A stretch of DNA of 52,452 nucleotides from a virus (Duplodnaviria; Caudoviricetes). The stretch lies in the IMG/VR virus record IMGVR_UViG_3300010358_000003, positions 1-52,452 of that record, one strand, 5' to 3'. Below, piece by piece: positions 15,378 through 24,311 of this stretch. Position numbers and translations under genes: made by a program. The first letter of the stretch is position 1; each line of letters opens with the position of its first letter. The notes beneath the pieces were generated by a model. That model worked only from the letters and a program-made list of their open reading frames with translations, was not told the DNA's origin and did no database searches.

Positions 15378-17263
15378 AAATCGCAGCATTCGATGTCGAG
15401 ACGTCGGGTACATTACCGGAATTTTCATTACAACCGTGGAGAGTAAAGCAGGGCAAGGCATGGCTCACCTCATTGGCGTGGGTCTGGCGCGAAGAAGGTG
15501 TGACCCGCACCAATGGGAGTGTCACATTATGTGACACCACCCGCCGCGAACTGATCCACGAGATGTTGAGATGGGCCCAGGAAAACGAGATCGACTATCT
15601 CGTAGGGTGGAACGTGGTGTTCGACATTGCGTGGCTCTACGCTTACGCCGAGACCGACCCCACGCTGCTCAAGCTGTTGAACCGGACCCGGTTCATGGAC
15701 GCGATGTTGCTGTGGCGGCATCTCGATATCGAGCCCGAGTATGCATACCAGCAGCAACGCAGCTACGGCCTCAAGGCGGCCGTAGGTACCTTCTTTCCTG
15801 CGTATAAGGGGTATGAAGCCGACATCGACTACCACGGCACTGACCCTGCAGAACTCGCGAGACTCCATGAGTACAACATAAAGGACTGCATTTTCACTTT
15901 GCGCCTTGCGCAGAAATTCTGGAAGAAGCTAAGTCACACCCAGCAAACTGTGGCGATCACCGAAGCTGCTTGCTTCAAGATGGTCGCGCGCGCAAACCTC
16001 GACGGCTTGATCATAGATACGTTGGAGGCGGGTAACCTCTCGGCGTGTCTCAAGCAAACCGCGGCCGCCAAGCTTGAATCCTTGGCACCCTACGGGATCA
16101 CCGAGAAAGTAGTGCGCTCACCCAAGCAATTGGGCTGGGTTCTCTACGACGAGTGGCGGCTGCCTGTGCTGGAGCTAACTCCTGCCGCCTCTCGTTCCAC
16201 CAGCAAGGCAGTGCTGTTCAAGCTGGCGCAGCGTGACCCGCGCGCCAAGGAGATCAAAGAATATCGTGAGGCACTGAATAACAATACCAAGTTCGCCGTG
16301 GCCCCACTCACAAGCGTCGCCTACAACGGGGATGGTCGGACTCATCCCCAGGCCCGGGTGTTCGGGACCTATACAGGGCGGCTCACGTTCAGCAGCAAGC
16401 AAGGCAAGGGCAAGGGCGAACGGCAGATTGGATTTGCTCTGCACCAGATGAAGCGTGATCCGACATTCCGTCGGATCATTGTACCGCCACCTGGATACAC
16501 GCTGATGGAGTTCGACGCCGCCGGCCAGGAGTATCGCTGGATGGCGATTGCGTCAGATGACAGCACCATGTTGATGCTGTGCCAGCCGGGGCAGGACCCG
16601 CATGCCTTCATGGGTTCCAAGATTGTGCCGGGACTTTCATACGTAGCGATCATGCGGAATGCGAAGCTCGCCGGATCGCCCGAAGCCAACGCAAGGCAAT
16701 GTGGAAAGGTGGTGAACCTCAGTTCTCAGTATCGCGTGGGCTTCAAAAAACTCCAGCAGATCGCCGAGATCGACTACGGCATCGCGATGTCAATCGACGA
16801 GGCGCAGCGTATTCAATGGATTTATCAGAGCACCTACCCTGGAATTCCGAGATACTGGCAAGAGCAAATCAGTAAGGCCCAGACCAATGGATACGTAGAG
16901 ACTATCGCCGGGAGACGTGTGCGCATCATCGGTCAGTGGGGCAGTGACAAATCATGGCAGATGGAAGGCACGGCTATCAATTATAGGATACAGGGTACAG
17001 GCGCCGATCAAAAGTATCTCGCCTTGCGATGTATTCGGCACTACCTTATGACGATCGGCGCGCGCTTTGCTTTTGATCTTCACGACGGATTATACTTTTA
17101 TGTTCCTACTGGGAAAGTCAAAGAAGCTGCGCATGAAATCAAAGATATTCTTGACAATCTTCCGTACGAGTCAGTATGGGATTTCAAACCACCAATCCCA
17201 TTACCATGGGATTGTAAAGTAGGACCAAGTTGGGGTGACCTTAGGCCGTTCGAGTTCAAGTGA
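15374..17263 (+). CDS. polA: Family A DNA polymerase with a 3'-5' exonuclease domain
   Basis: Exo motifs DVET, NVVFD, YNIKD; TGRL; motif A DAAGQEYR; motif B RQCGKVVNLSSQY; NYRIQGTGAD; motif C HDG. Confidence 0.93.
   Translation: MKIAAFDVETSGTLPEFSLQPWRVKQGKAWLTSLAWVWREEGVTRTNGSVTLCDTTRRELIHEMLRWAQENEIDYLVGWNVVFDIAWLYAYAETDPTLLKLLNRTRFMDAMLLWRHLDIEPEYAYQQQRSYGLKAAVGTFFPAYKGYEADIDYHGTDPAELARLHEYNIKDCIFTLRLAQKFWKKLSHTQQTVAITEAACFKMVARANLDGLIIDTLEAGNLSACLKQTAAAKLESLAPYGITEKVVRSPKQLGWVLYDEWRLPVLELTPAASRSTSKAVLFKLAQRDPRAKEIKEYREALNNNTKFAVAPLTSVAYNGDGRTHPQARVFGTYTGRLTFSSKQGKGKGERQIGFALHQMKRDPTFRRIIVPPPGYTLMEFDAAGQEYRWMAIASDDSTMLMLCQPGQDPHAFMGSKIVPGLSYVAIMRNAKLAGSPEANARQCGKVVNLSSQYRVGFKKLQQIAEIDYGIAMSIDEAQRIQWIYQSTYPGIPRYWQEQISKAQTNGYVETIAGRRVRIIGQWGSDKSWQMEGTAINYRIQGTGADQKYLALRCIRHYLMTIGARFAFDLHDGLYFYVPTGKVKEAAHEIKDILDNLPYESVWDFKPPIPLPWDCKVGPSWGDLRPFEFK
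15518..15538. promoter_or_regulatory. Palindromic operator-like site, copy 5 (inside the polymerase gene)
   Basis: AGTGTCACATTATGTGACACC, encodes SVTLCDT. Confidence 0.7.
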
Positions 17264-17835
17264 TGAAGCGCCGAGCATCCCACATTTTCGCCAAGGCTGC
17301 GGACGGCTGGTACATCGAACCAAGCTGGTGCTCACGCCGGCTCTTCGATGTCGAGGGTTTCGGCGGAGGCATTTACGACCCGGCATGTGGCTGGGGTACC
17401 ATCCTCAACGAGGCCAAGGCAGCAGGTTACAAGACTTGCGGTAGCGATCTCGTCGATCGGCGCCGCTCTGCGCATCCCGGTTTCCGTTTCAAGCAGGAGA
17501 ACTTTCTGACATTCGAAACCAACCTTGTAGGCTGGAATGTGGTCTGCAATCCGCCGTTCGACTTTGTCGAGGAGTTCTGTCACCGCGCCTTGACACTGGG
17601 CGCTGCTAAGGTCGCCATGATCATGCTGTGCCGGCGGCTCAATGCAGCACACTGGCTTCGTGATATGCCGCTGCGCCGCATCTGGTTGCTGACACCTCGC
17701 CCGTCGATGCCGCCAGGTGACTGGATCGCAGCCGGCAACAAGCCTGGCGGCGGTACTCAAGATTTTTGCTGGCTGGTATTCGAAGCCGGTACAGGCAAGC
17801 CAGCAATCGACTGGTTACATCGGGAGAAGAACTAA
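17260..17835 (+). CDS. Putative amino (N6-adenine-type) DNA methyltransferase
   Basis: SAM-binding DPACGWG and catalytic NPPF. Confidence 0.8.
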   Translation: MMKRRASHIFAKAADGWYIEPSWCSRRLFDVEGFGGGIYDPACGWGTILNEAKAAGYKTCGSDLVDRRRSAHPGFRFKQENFLTFETNLVGWNVVCNPPFDFVEEFCHRALTLGAAKVAMIMLCRRLNAAHWLRDMPLRRIWLLTPRPSMPPGDWIAAGNKPGGGTQDFCWLVFEAGTGKPAIDWLHREKN

Positions 17836-18029
17836 TGACTAATTATCTGCTTAACACCAAAACTAACCGCAAATTCGAGATCATCAAGTTCGACCGCGAT
17901 AAGAATCTACTAACTCTTCGCGGGGAAACTGGTGGCGTGTTTGAGGAACCATACGACAAAGCCAAGCTCAAGGGACTTGGTTATGTTCCACAACAAGATG
18001 AGTCTCAAGATGCCGAAGCCACCAGCTAA
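17835..18029 (+). CDS. Small hypothetical protein
   Basis: TAATG overlap; GGAG SD. Confidence 0.6.
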   Translation: MTNYLLNTKTNRKFEIIKFDRDKNLLTLRGETGGVFEEPYDKAKLKGLGYVPQQDESQDAEATS

Positions 18030-18285
18030 AGTGCAGGGGCGCGCAAAGCTCAACGGGCAAGTCTATCAACAACTTGATCCCAAGATTCTCAAAATGGTCG
18101 AGTTCCTCGATCGGGCAATCCGATCGCAGGATACTACCGTAGGTGTTGTCGTTTCCGCAGTCGGTGTGCTCCTAGGACGAAAGGTTATGAACACCACCAA
18201 CCTAGAGCAGATGGCTCGTGATGTGACGATGGCTATGCGAGTGGGGTACCACCTCGCGAATGCATCTCGTGAAGAGGAGAAATGA
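18010..18285 (+). CDS. Hypothetical protein (start uncertain)
   Basis: Fills the operon gap; helical. Confidence 0.5.
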   Translation: MPKPPAKVQGRAKLNGQVYQQLDPKILKMVEFLDRAIRSQDTTVGVVVSAVGVLLGRKVMNTTNLEQMARDVTMAMRVGYHLANASREEEK

Positions 18286-18855
18286 ATGAACTTAAAACAT
18301 GTGATGCTCGATCTTGAAACTTTAGGAACTGGGCCTTACTCTTCGATTATTCAAATTGGTGCTTGCGTGTTCGACCCCTACACCGACGACACCAACAAGA
18401 TCATCACAGATAGATTCGAGGTCGCCATCGATCCGAAGAGTTACCAAGCCCGGATCGACGCATCGACGGTGATGTGGTGGTTGGATAACGAACGTCAGCC
18501 GGCGCGCGAAACGTGGTTGAAAATGCCTAAGATGGGGCTAGCCGAGGCGCTCGATGGGTTCTCTGAGTGGATGCATTTACATTCTATCGACGCCGTACGT
18601 ACTACCGACAACTTGCGCGTCTGGGGCAACGGCGCTGGGTTTGACAACGTGCTGCTACGTCAGGCGTACGAGATGATGAAGCGCGACGTGCCGTGGAGCT
18701 TCCGACATGATCGCTGCTTCAGAACCCTACGCAGCATGCTGACCGACGAGAACCTGCAGTACGTAGGTACGAAGCATACGGCGCTCGCCGATGCCGTGAA
18801 CCAGGCGATTAGAGCAAATCAGATTGTACGAAAATTAGGAATTAAATTAACATGA
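18286..18855 (+). CDS. DEDDh 3'-5' exonuclease (exonuclease VIII/RNase T-like)
   Basis: MLDLETLG, WGNGAGFD, HTALADA. Confidence 0.85.
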   Translation: MNLKHVMLDLETLGTGPYSSIIQIGACVFDPYTDDTNKIITDRFEVAIDPKSYQARIDASTVMWWLDNERQPARETWLKMPKMGLAEALDGFSEWMHLHSIDAVRTTDNLRVWGNGAGFDNVLLRQAYEMMKRDVPWSFRHDRCFRTLRSMLTDENLQYVGTKHTALADAVNQAIRANQIVRKLGIKLT

Positions 18856-19265
18856 GAAAGAATCCTACCCGTCGGGCTTGGTCCATGTCAGATGCAAAAA
18901 CCGAATCGGCCCAGAAAGACTCGTTTGGCGACTACCTGAAAGCAATACGGCTCAGCTGCAAGATGACCCTCAGAGATGTCGAGCAGGCCAGCAAAAAGGA
19001 AATCTCGAATGCCTATCTCAGCCAACTTGAGACGGGAAAAATCGAGAGTCCATCACCGCGTATCCTCTATAGTCTCGCCCAGGTTTACGATGTCTCTTAT
19101 GAGAGTCTAATGCAGCGTGCCGGATACATCGTGCCGTCAAAGTCCAAGCGTACGTCGAGTACAAAGCACGGCCACGCGGCAACGTTTGCAATCGAGAACC
19201 TCGATGCTGACGAAGAGCGAGAGCTGTTAAAGTACCTTGCATTCTACCGCTCGACCCGGAGCTAA
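18852..19265 (+). CDS. XRE-family HTH transcriptional regulator (start may be 18885)
   Basis: FGDYLKAIR...MTLRDVE...ISNAYLSQLETG...PSPRILYSLA. Confidence 0.88.
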   Translation: MRKNPTRRAWSMSDAKTESAQKDSFGDYLKAIRLSCKMTLRDVEQASKKEISNAYLSQLETGKIESPSPRILYSLAQVYDVSYESLMQRAGYIVPSKSKRTSSTKHGHAATFAIENLDADEERELLKYLAFYRSTRS

Positions 19266-19294
19266 GATTGAGAAAAGCACCAGGATTACCCATC

Positions 19295-19969
19295 ATGAAA
19301 CCTTTACCCTGGAGTCCTTCTGCACTCGAAACGTTTAAGAACTGCCCCGAGCAGTACCACCACCGCTATGTGCTCAAGGACCTTCCCGAGGAAGAGAGGT
19401 CTCAGGAGCAGATTTACGGTGAGCAAGTACATGAGGCGTTTGCCGACAGGCAACGACCAATACATCGGAAGCTGCCATCCGATCTCGAAGCACATGAATC
19501 TTTCATGGAGAAACTGGCTGCGCAAGACGGCCGGGCGTTCATCGAATACAAGGCGGCACTTGCAAAGGACTCCATGCCTTGTGAGTGGGACGACAAGAAC
19601 GTGTGGTGTCGCATGATCATCGACTACCTACGGATTAGTGCGAAGGAGCGTCATGCGACGATCGTGGATTACAAGACCGGCAGGCCGCATAGAAAATTTA
19701 ACCAGCTGATCATCTACGCATTATGGACGTTCAACGAGTTTCGCTACGTCGATACGATCGAGGTCATGTTCTACTGGACCAAGGACAGTTCGACATCAAG
19801 CCACGTCTACCATCGTGAACATATAGATGACATGTGGCAAACACTAGCTGGAGACCTGAAGCAATACCGCGAAGCATTCCGTTCTAATATCTGGCAGATG
19901 CGTCCGTCTGGACTTTGCAATGGCTGGTGCCCCGTCATTAACTGCAAACACTGGAGACCGAAGCAATGA
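19295..19969 (+). CDS. PD-(D/E)XK (RecB/Cas4-like) exonuclease
   Basis: WSPSAL..F..CP, IDY, VDYKTG, QLIIYA, C-terminal C.GWCP...C. Confidence 0.85.
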   Translation: MKPLPWSPSALETFKNCPEQYHHRYVLKDLPEEERSQEQIYGEQVHEAFADRQRPIHRKLPSDLEAHESFMEKLAAQDGRAFIEYKAALAKDSMPCEWDDKNVWCRMIIDYLRISAKERHATIVDYKTGRPHRKFNQLIIYALWTFNEFRYVDTIEVMFYWTKDSSTSSHVYHREHIDDMWQTLAGDLKQYREAFRSNIWQMRPSGLCNGWCPVINCKHWRPKQ

Positions 19970-20358
19970 GAAAACCAACGAGTAACGATCAAACTGAATG
20001 GTGGGTCAAGAAGGAGGTCAAGAAGATTCTCACCACCACCGGGTGGAGTTTCTGGATGCCGGCTGCAGACATCTACGGTCGCAACGGTATCAGCGACTTT
20101 ATCTGTGTGAAGAAACCTAAACTCTTTATGGTGATCGAGACCAAGTATGACGACGTGGTGACCACACCACAGTTCGTATTCCTCACTGCTATCCACGACG
20201 CTGGTCACTATGCTTTCCTAGTGGATGAGACTAATATCAGTGAGCTGCAAGCGTTGCTTACTACTTTACCAAGTAATGCAATTTATCGTTTCATGAAATG
20301 GCAAAACCAGAACCCAGTCGTCGATATTCGAATCAATAAGGAGGGGAAGAAACTTTGA
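19966..20358 (+). CDS. VRR-NUC-type nuclease
   Basis: E..VK...GISDF...IETK...Q..FL..I..AG. Confidence 0.75.
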   Translation: MRKPTSNDQTEWWVKKEVKKILTTTGWSFWMPAADIYGRNGISDFICVKKPKLFMVIETKYDDVVTTPQFVFLTAIHDAGHYAFLVDETNISELQALLTTLPSNAIYRFMKWQNQNPVVDIRINKEGKKL

Positions 20359-20383
20359 CTTTCGCTATATAATCTGGTACAAT
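20355..20383 (+). promoter_or_regulatory. Sigma70-type promoter
   Basis: TTGACT, 17-nt spacer, TACAAT upstream of the helicase gene. Confidence 0.65.
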
Positions 20384-20406
20384 CCAAGAATAGAAAGTGA
20401 TTTAAT

Positions 20407-21966
20407 ATGATCATTCACCAACCGACTAAGAGCGTCGTGCTGCTGCTACGAGACCCGGCTCGCGTAATAAACATACTACCGCCGGGGACGTACCGTGCTA
20501 TTGCTGCCAACGAAGGGAACATCCAGATCAAGCATACGCTTGAGACGACCCTCGCGCTCAACTCGCTTGGGTTTAACGTGCCTTCGCCGATCGCTTATCA
20601 ATACAACTGGCCTGGCAAGTACACACCGTTCGAGCATCAGAGGCCGATGGCGGACTTTCATGTACGTAATGCCAGGTGCCTTAACTTGTCCGAGATGGGC
20701 ACCGGCAAAAGTTTCCCGGTGCTGTGGAGCGCAGACTATCTAATGAACGTCGGCGCCGTGCGTCGTGCGCTTATCCTTTGTCCGTTGAGCATTATGGAAA
20801 CGATCTGGCAGCAGGATATCTTCGATGTACTCATGCACCGATCGTCTGTAATCACACATGGGACACGCGAGTATCGCCTCGAAACGCTGAACCTGGATGT
20901 GGATTTTTACATCGCGAATCACACCATGATCATGCACAAGGAGGTCGCGACACTGGTCAGAAAGAGAAAAGATATCGACCTGATCATCCTCGACGAGGCG
21001 AGTTTCTTTCGTAACGCCAGGAACATCACCTACAAATTCCTGGCATGGGCGACCGAACGCAAGAAGCGCATCTGGTTTCTCACGGGGACGCCATGCCCAA
21101 ACGCGCCGAGTGATGCCTGGGCTTTGGCGAGAATCATCTGTCCTGAAAGAGTGCCACGTTTCTTTGGCAGGTTCCGCGACAAGACAATGGAGCGAATCGA
21201 CGAGCACACGTGGGCCCCCTTGCCGGGTTCCGAGCAGATAGTCTTTGAGGCGCTGCAGCCAGCGTGGCGCATCAAGAAAAAAGACTGTCTGACCCTGCCA
21301 CCGCTGACAGTGACCAACCGCTCGACCGAGCTTACTAAGGACCAGCACGAAGCATACCGTCTCATGCGAAAGCATATGATACTGGAACATAGTAAGGGCG
21401 TGATCACGGCGGTGCATGCGGCTGATAGGCTTTTGAAGCTGCGTCAGATTTGTTGCGGCGCCACTAAGACCGAGCAAGGTACGTACGAGACCATCGACCA
21501 CTCAATCAGGCTTAAAGAGTTGATCGCTACGATCAGCCAAGCATCCGCCAAGGTCATAGTGATCGTACCCTTCAAGGGTATCATCCGTGCGCTAGAGCCT
21601 GAGGTCGCCAAACACTACAGCGTTGGCATGCTCAATGGTGACGTCACGCTCAAGGAACGCACCAGGATAATCACCGCGTTCAAATCCGGACCCGATCCAC
21701 GAGTGTTACTTTGTCATCCACAAGTTATGAGTCATGGTTTAAACTTGACCGAAGCCGACGTCACGATCTTTTACGCCCCCATATACTCCCATGACCAATA
21801 TGCTCAGGTCATTGAGAGGTTCAATCGCACAGGCCAAACTAGGAAGATGACCGTTGTGAGGATAGCAGCTTGTGAATTAGAGGAGGATATCTATGAACTA
21901 CTAGACAGACGGGCACTTAACCAGGATAATATCCTGAAGCTCTATGAGAAGGTACTCCAGTCATGA
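20407..21966 (+). CDS. SNF2-like SF2 helicase
   Basis: MGTGKS, ILDEAS, LTGTP, HGLNLT, RFNRTGQ. Confidence 0.9.
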   Translation: MIIHQPTKSVVLLLRDPARVINILPPGTYRAIAANEGNIQIKHTLETTLALNSLGFNVPSPIAYQYNWPGKYTPFEHQRPMADFHVRNARCLNLSEMGTGKSFPVLWSADYLMNVGAVRRALILCPLSIMETIWQQDIFDVLMHRSSVITHGTREYRLETLNLDVDFYIANHTMIMHKEVATLVRKRKDIDLIILDEASFFRNARNITYKFLAWATERKKRIWFLTGTPCPNAPSDAWALARIICPERVPRFFGRFRDKTMERIDEHTWAPLPGSEQIVFEALQPAWRIKKKDCLTLPPLTVTNRSTELTKDQHEAYRLMRKHMILEHSKGVITAVHAADRLLKLRQICCGATKTEQGTYETIDHSIRLKELIATISQASAKVIVIVPFKGIIRALEPEVAKHYSVGMLNGDVTLKERTRIITAFKSGPDPRVLLCHPQVMSHGLNLTEADVTIFYAPIYSHDQYAQVIERFNRTGQTRKMTVVRIAACELEEDIYELLDRRALNQDNILKLYEKVLQS

Positions 21967-22172
21967 TGAATGCTTTTGATCGTACTCTTAGCCAAACGAC
22001 AGAAGAATGGCGCACACCGGTGATTGCTGTCGCCGATACGATGTTCATTATGAAACACTGGTTTGAAGATAACGGGATTGCGTTTACTGCTGCGGACCTT
22101 GTCGATGTAACCAAGCTGGTTATAGAGCACAAGATACTAACTGATGAAAGGAAGGAGAACGACAATGACTAA
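21963..22172 (+). CDS. Small hypothetical protein
   Basis: 69 aa, overlaps both neighbours in operon fashion. Confidence 0.55.
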   Translation: MMNAFDRTLSQTTEEWRTPVIAVADTMFIMKHWFEDNGIAFTAADLVDVTKLVIEHKILTDERKENDND

Positions 22173-22608
22173 CTACGTACTCACTGACAAAATGAAGCTG
22201 GAAGAGCAGAAGACCGAGCAACAGGTGAACCTTGATCGGATGGCGAAAGTCTATGTCCGGATCAGGGACGAGCGCGCCGCCAAGAAAAGAGTCTGGGAAG
22301 CCGAAGACCTCAAGCTGAAGGCGCAGCTCGAAACCCTTAACGGGCATTTCCTAGCGGTGATGCAAACGCTAGGTGTCGAGAGTGTGCGAACCGCGCATGG
22401 CACAGCCTACCGGAGCATTGAGATCAAGCCGACCTGCGGGGACTGGGATGCATTCGGTACCTGGATTATCAAGAACGAAGCGATTGAGGCACTTGAAAAG
22501 CGTGTCAAGAAATCATTCATCACTGAGTACATGGAAACCCACAAGAACAAATTACCACCTGGTATATCAATAACTCAAGAGTATACCGTCACCATTCGAC
22601 GCAAGTAA
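22165..22608 (+). CDS. Phage replication-module hypothetical protein
   Basis: AAGGAG SD; coiled coil followed by SVRTAHGTAY, DWDAF, LEKRV and LPPG. Confidence 0.75.
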   Translation: MTNYVLTDKMKLEEQKTEQQVNLDRMAKVYVRIRDERAAKKRVWEAEDLKLKAQLETLNGHFLAVMQTLGVESVRTAHGTAYRSIEIKPTCGDWDAFGTWIIKNEAIEALEKRVKKSFITEYMETHKNKLPPGISITQEYTVTIRRK

Positions 22609-22610
22609 TT

Positions 22611-22631
22611 GGTGTCACATTAAGTGACACC
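22611..22631. promoter_or_regulatory. Palindromic operator-like site, copy 6
   Basis: GGTGTCACATTAAGTGACACC (one arm mismatch), intergenic upstream of the SSB-like gene. Confidence 0.75.
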
Positions 22632-22720
22632 ATGTGAGTCCACCAGACTCCTGGACTTTGTTCCATCCAGGAAAGTAACCTTCATCTTTGGAACAAAGAG
22701 CAACGAACGAGGAAATGAAC

Positions 22721-23884
22721 ATGGCTACTAACAATAACCCTATGACGATCTTCGCTCCCGGTGCAGTGCCTGCTCACGTCAAAGCTGCGCAGGATGCCGG
22801 GGCTACGAACATCGTAACCCGGGCCCAGATCGACGCGCTGACCTTCCCTGGCAAGGTGTGGACGGTTAACATTGGCGGCACCAAGACTCCGTTAGTGCGC
22901 CACAACACCGATGGTGAGGAGGAACTGGTTCAAACGTTTGAGGCGGTAATCATCGCCTATAACGAGAACCGCGGTCGTGCCTACTATCCTGCGCAGGTCT
23001 ACGATCCGAACGAATCGAAGCCGCCCGTCTGCTGGAGCAATGATGGGGTTACCAGCGACCCGGCATCTTCCGAGCGGCAATCGGAAAAGTGCAACGTCTG
23101 TCCGAAGGCCATCAAAGGCTCGCGACAAACCGACGAAGGGAAAGCCTCCGTGGCATGCCGCGTGCATCGCCACCTGGCGGTCATCCCGCGGAGCAAGGAC
23201 CTGAGCACGGCGCCACTACTGCGTCTGAAGATTCCGCAGACGTCGGACTTTGACGGCCTCAACAAAGAGGCTCAAGCAAAGGGGCTCTTCGCCTTCACGA
23301 ACTATCTCAACTTTCTCAAGAGCAAGGGGGTACCGTTCACCTACAGCTTGTCGACCAAGATCAAGTTCGACAACACAAAGAGCTACCCCAAGCTTTGGTT
23401 CAGCCCTGGTCAGTGGCTGACCGAAGACCAGGCAGCGGTGTGCGCGGAACTCGCCGGGGCACCCAGTCTCGGCAATCTGCTCAGGACCGACTACGCCGGC
23501 TGGGACGTCGCCCCGCGCCCGCCTGGGATTACCGAGGAGGATGAGGTCGAAGACGAAGGTGAGGAGGTCGTGCAACAGACGGCACCGGCGCCAGCTGCTG
23601 CGGCGTCTAAACCAGCTCCAGCGCCGGCACCTAAGCCCGTTGCTGCGCCTGCTGTAGCCGCTACAAACGGCAAGGGTAAGACAGCAGCTCAGAAGAAGGC
23701 CGAAGCTGCTGCGGCCGCAGCTGCACAGCGCAAGGCTGCCGTGCTCGTTGACGAGGAGGACGAGGTGATCGAGATGCCTGTGGCAACAACGCGGGCGGCG
23801 CCTACACCTACGTCTGCAGCGGTTCCTGCTGCAGCGGGGTCACCAGCGCTCGACAAGATACTGACCGACTGGGACGACGAGTAA
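22721..23884 (+). CDS. Putative ssDNA-binding protein
   Basis: CWSNDG...CNVCP..IKGS...ACR Zn-type motif, Ala/Pro linker and acidic WDDE terminus; sits in the replication module. Confidence 0.65.
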   Translation: MATNNNPMTIFAPGAVPAHVKAAQDAGATNIVTRAQIDALTFPGKVWTVNIGGTKTPLVRHNTDGEEELVQTFEAVIIAYNENRGRAYYPAQVYDPNESKPPVCWSNDGVTSDPASSERQSEKCNVCPKAIKGSRQTDEGKASVACRVHRHLAVIPRSKDLSTAPLLRLKIPQTSDFDGLNKEAQAKGLFAFTNYLNFLKSKGVPFTYSLSTKIKFDNTKSYPKLWFSPGQWLTEDQAAVCAELAGAPSLGNLLRTDYAGWDVAPRPPGITEEDEVEDEGEEVVQQTAPAPAAAASKPAPAPAPKPVAAPAVAATNGKGKTAAQKKAEAAAAAAAQRKAAVLVDEEDEVIEMPVATTRAAPTPTSAAVPAAAGSPALDKILTDWDDE

Positions 23885-23913
23885 GCCCGCTCGTTTTTTC
23901 TGGTGAGAATAAG

Positions 23914-23946
23914 CACCCTCCCGCTTCCGGAAGAAGCGGGAGGGTG
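23914..23946. terminator. Strong stem-loop without a U tract (terminator or RNA-processing site)
   Basis: CACCCTCCCGCTTC-CGGAA-GAAGCGGGAGGGTG, 14-bp perfect stem. Confidence 0.55.
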
Positions 23947-23978
23947 TAGTGTCTAGAGCAACTCACGCGGGGCGCATC

Positions 23979-24311
23979 ATGATTGACAACGAGACTTATG
24001 GCAAGCTCCTTGCCGAAACCTTTGAGACCGTCACCAAACTCGGCAAGCTGAAAGGCGCCGAGTATTCAGGCGACCAGGATCGCCTGGCGAATTTTCGCCG
24101 CAACAGTATCGATCTCGACCTGCCGATGGAGGTGATCTGGCGTGTCTATGCTGCCAAGCACTGGGACGCCATCGGCCAGTTCATCCGCGATCTTCTCGAC
24201 GGTATGCAACGACCGCGCATGGAGACGCTCGACGGTCGGTGCGATGACCTCATCGTGTATCTCATACTATTCAAAGCGATGCTGCTCGAGCGGGGAGAGC
24301 ATGGCAAATGA
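23979..24311 (+). CDS. Small all-alpha protein, possibly a DUF1599-like nucleotide-modification-associated domain
   Basis: KGAEY...DRLANF...KH...DLIVY pattern. Confidence 0.5.
   Translation: MIDNETYGKLLAETFETVTKLGKLKGAEYSGDQDRLANFRRNSIDLDLPMEVIWRVYAAKHWDAIGQFIRDLLDGMQRPRMETLDGRCDDLIVYLILFKAMLLERGEHGK

Noticed and set aside
19295-19969. Cas4 as part of a CRISPR system
   Set aside because: It is a stand-alone PD-(D/E)XK nuclease in a typical phage replication module, with no array or other cas genes.
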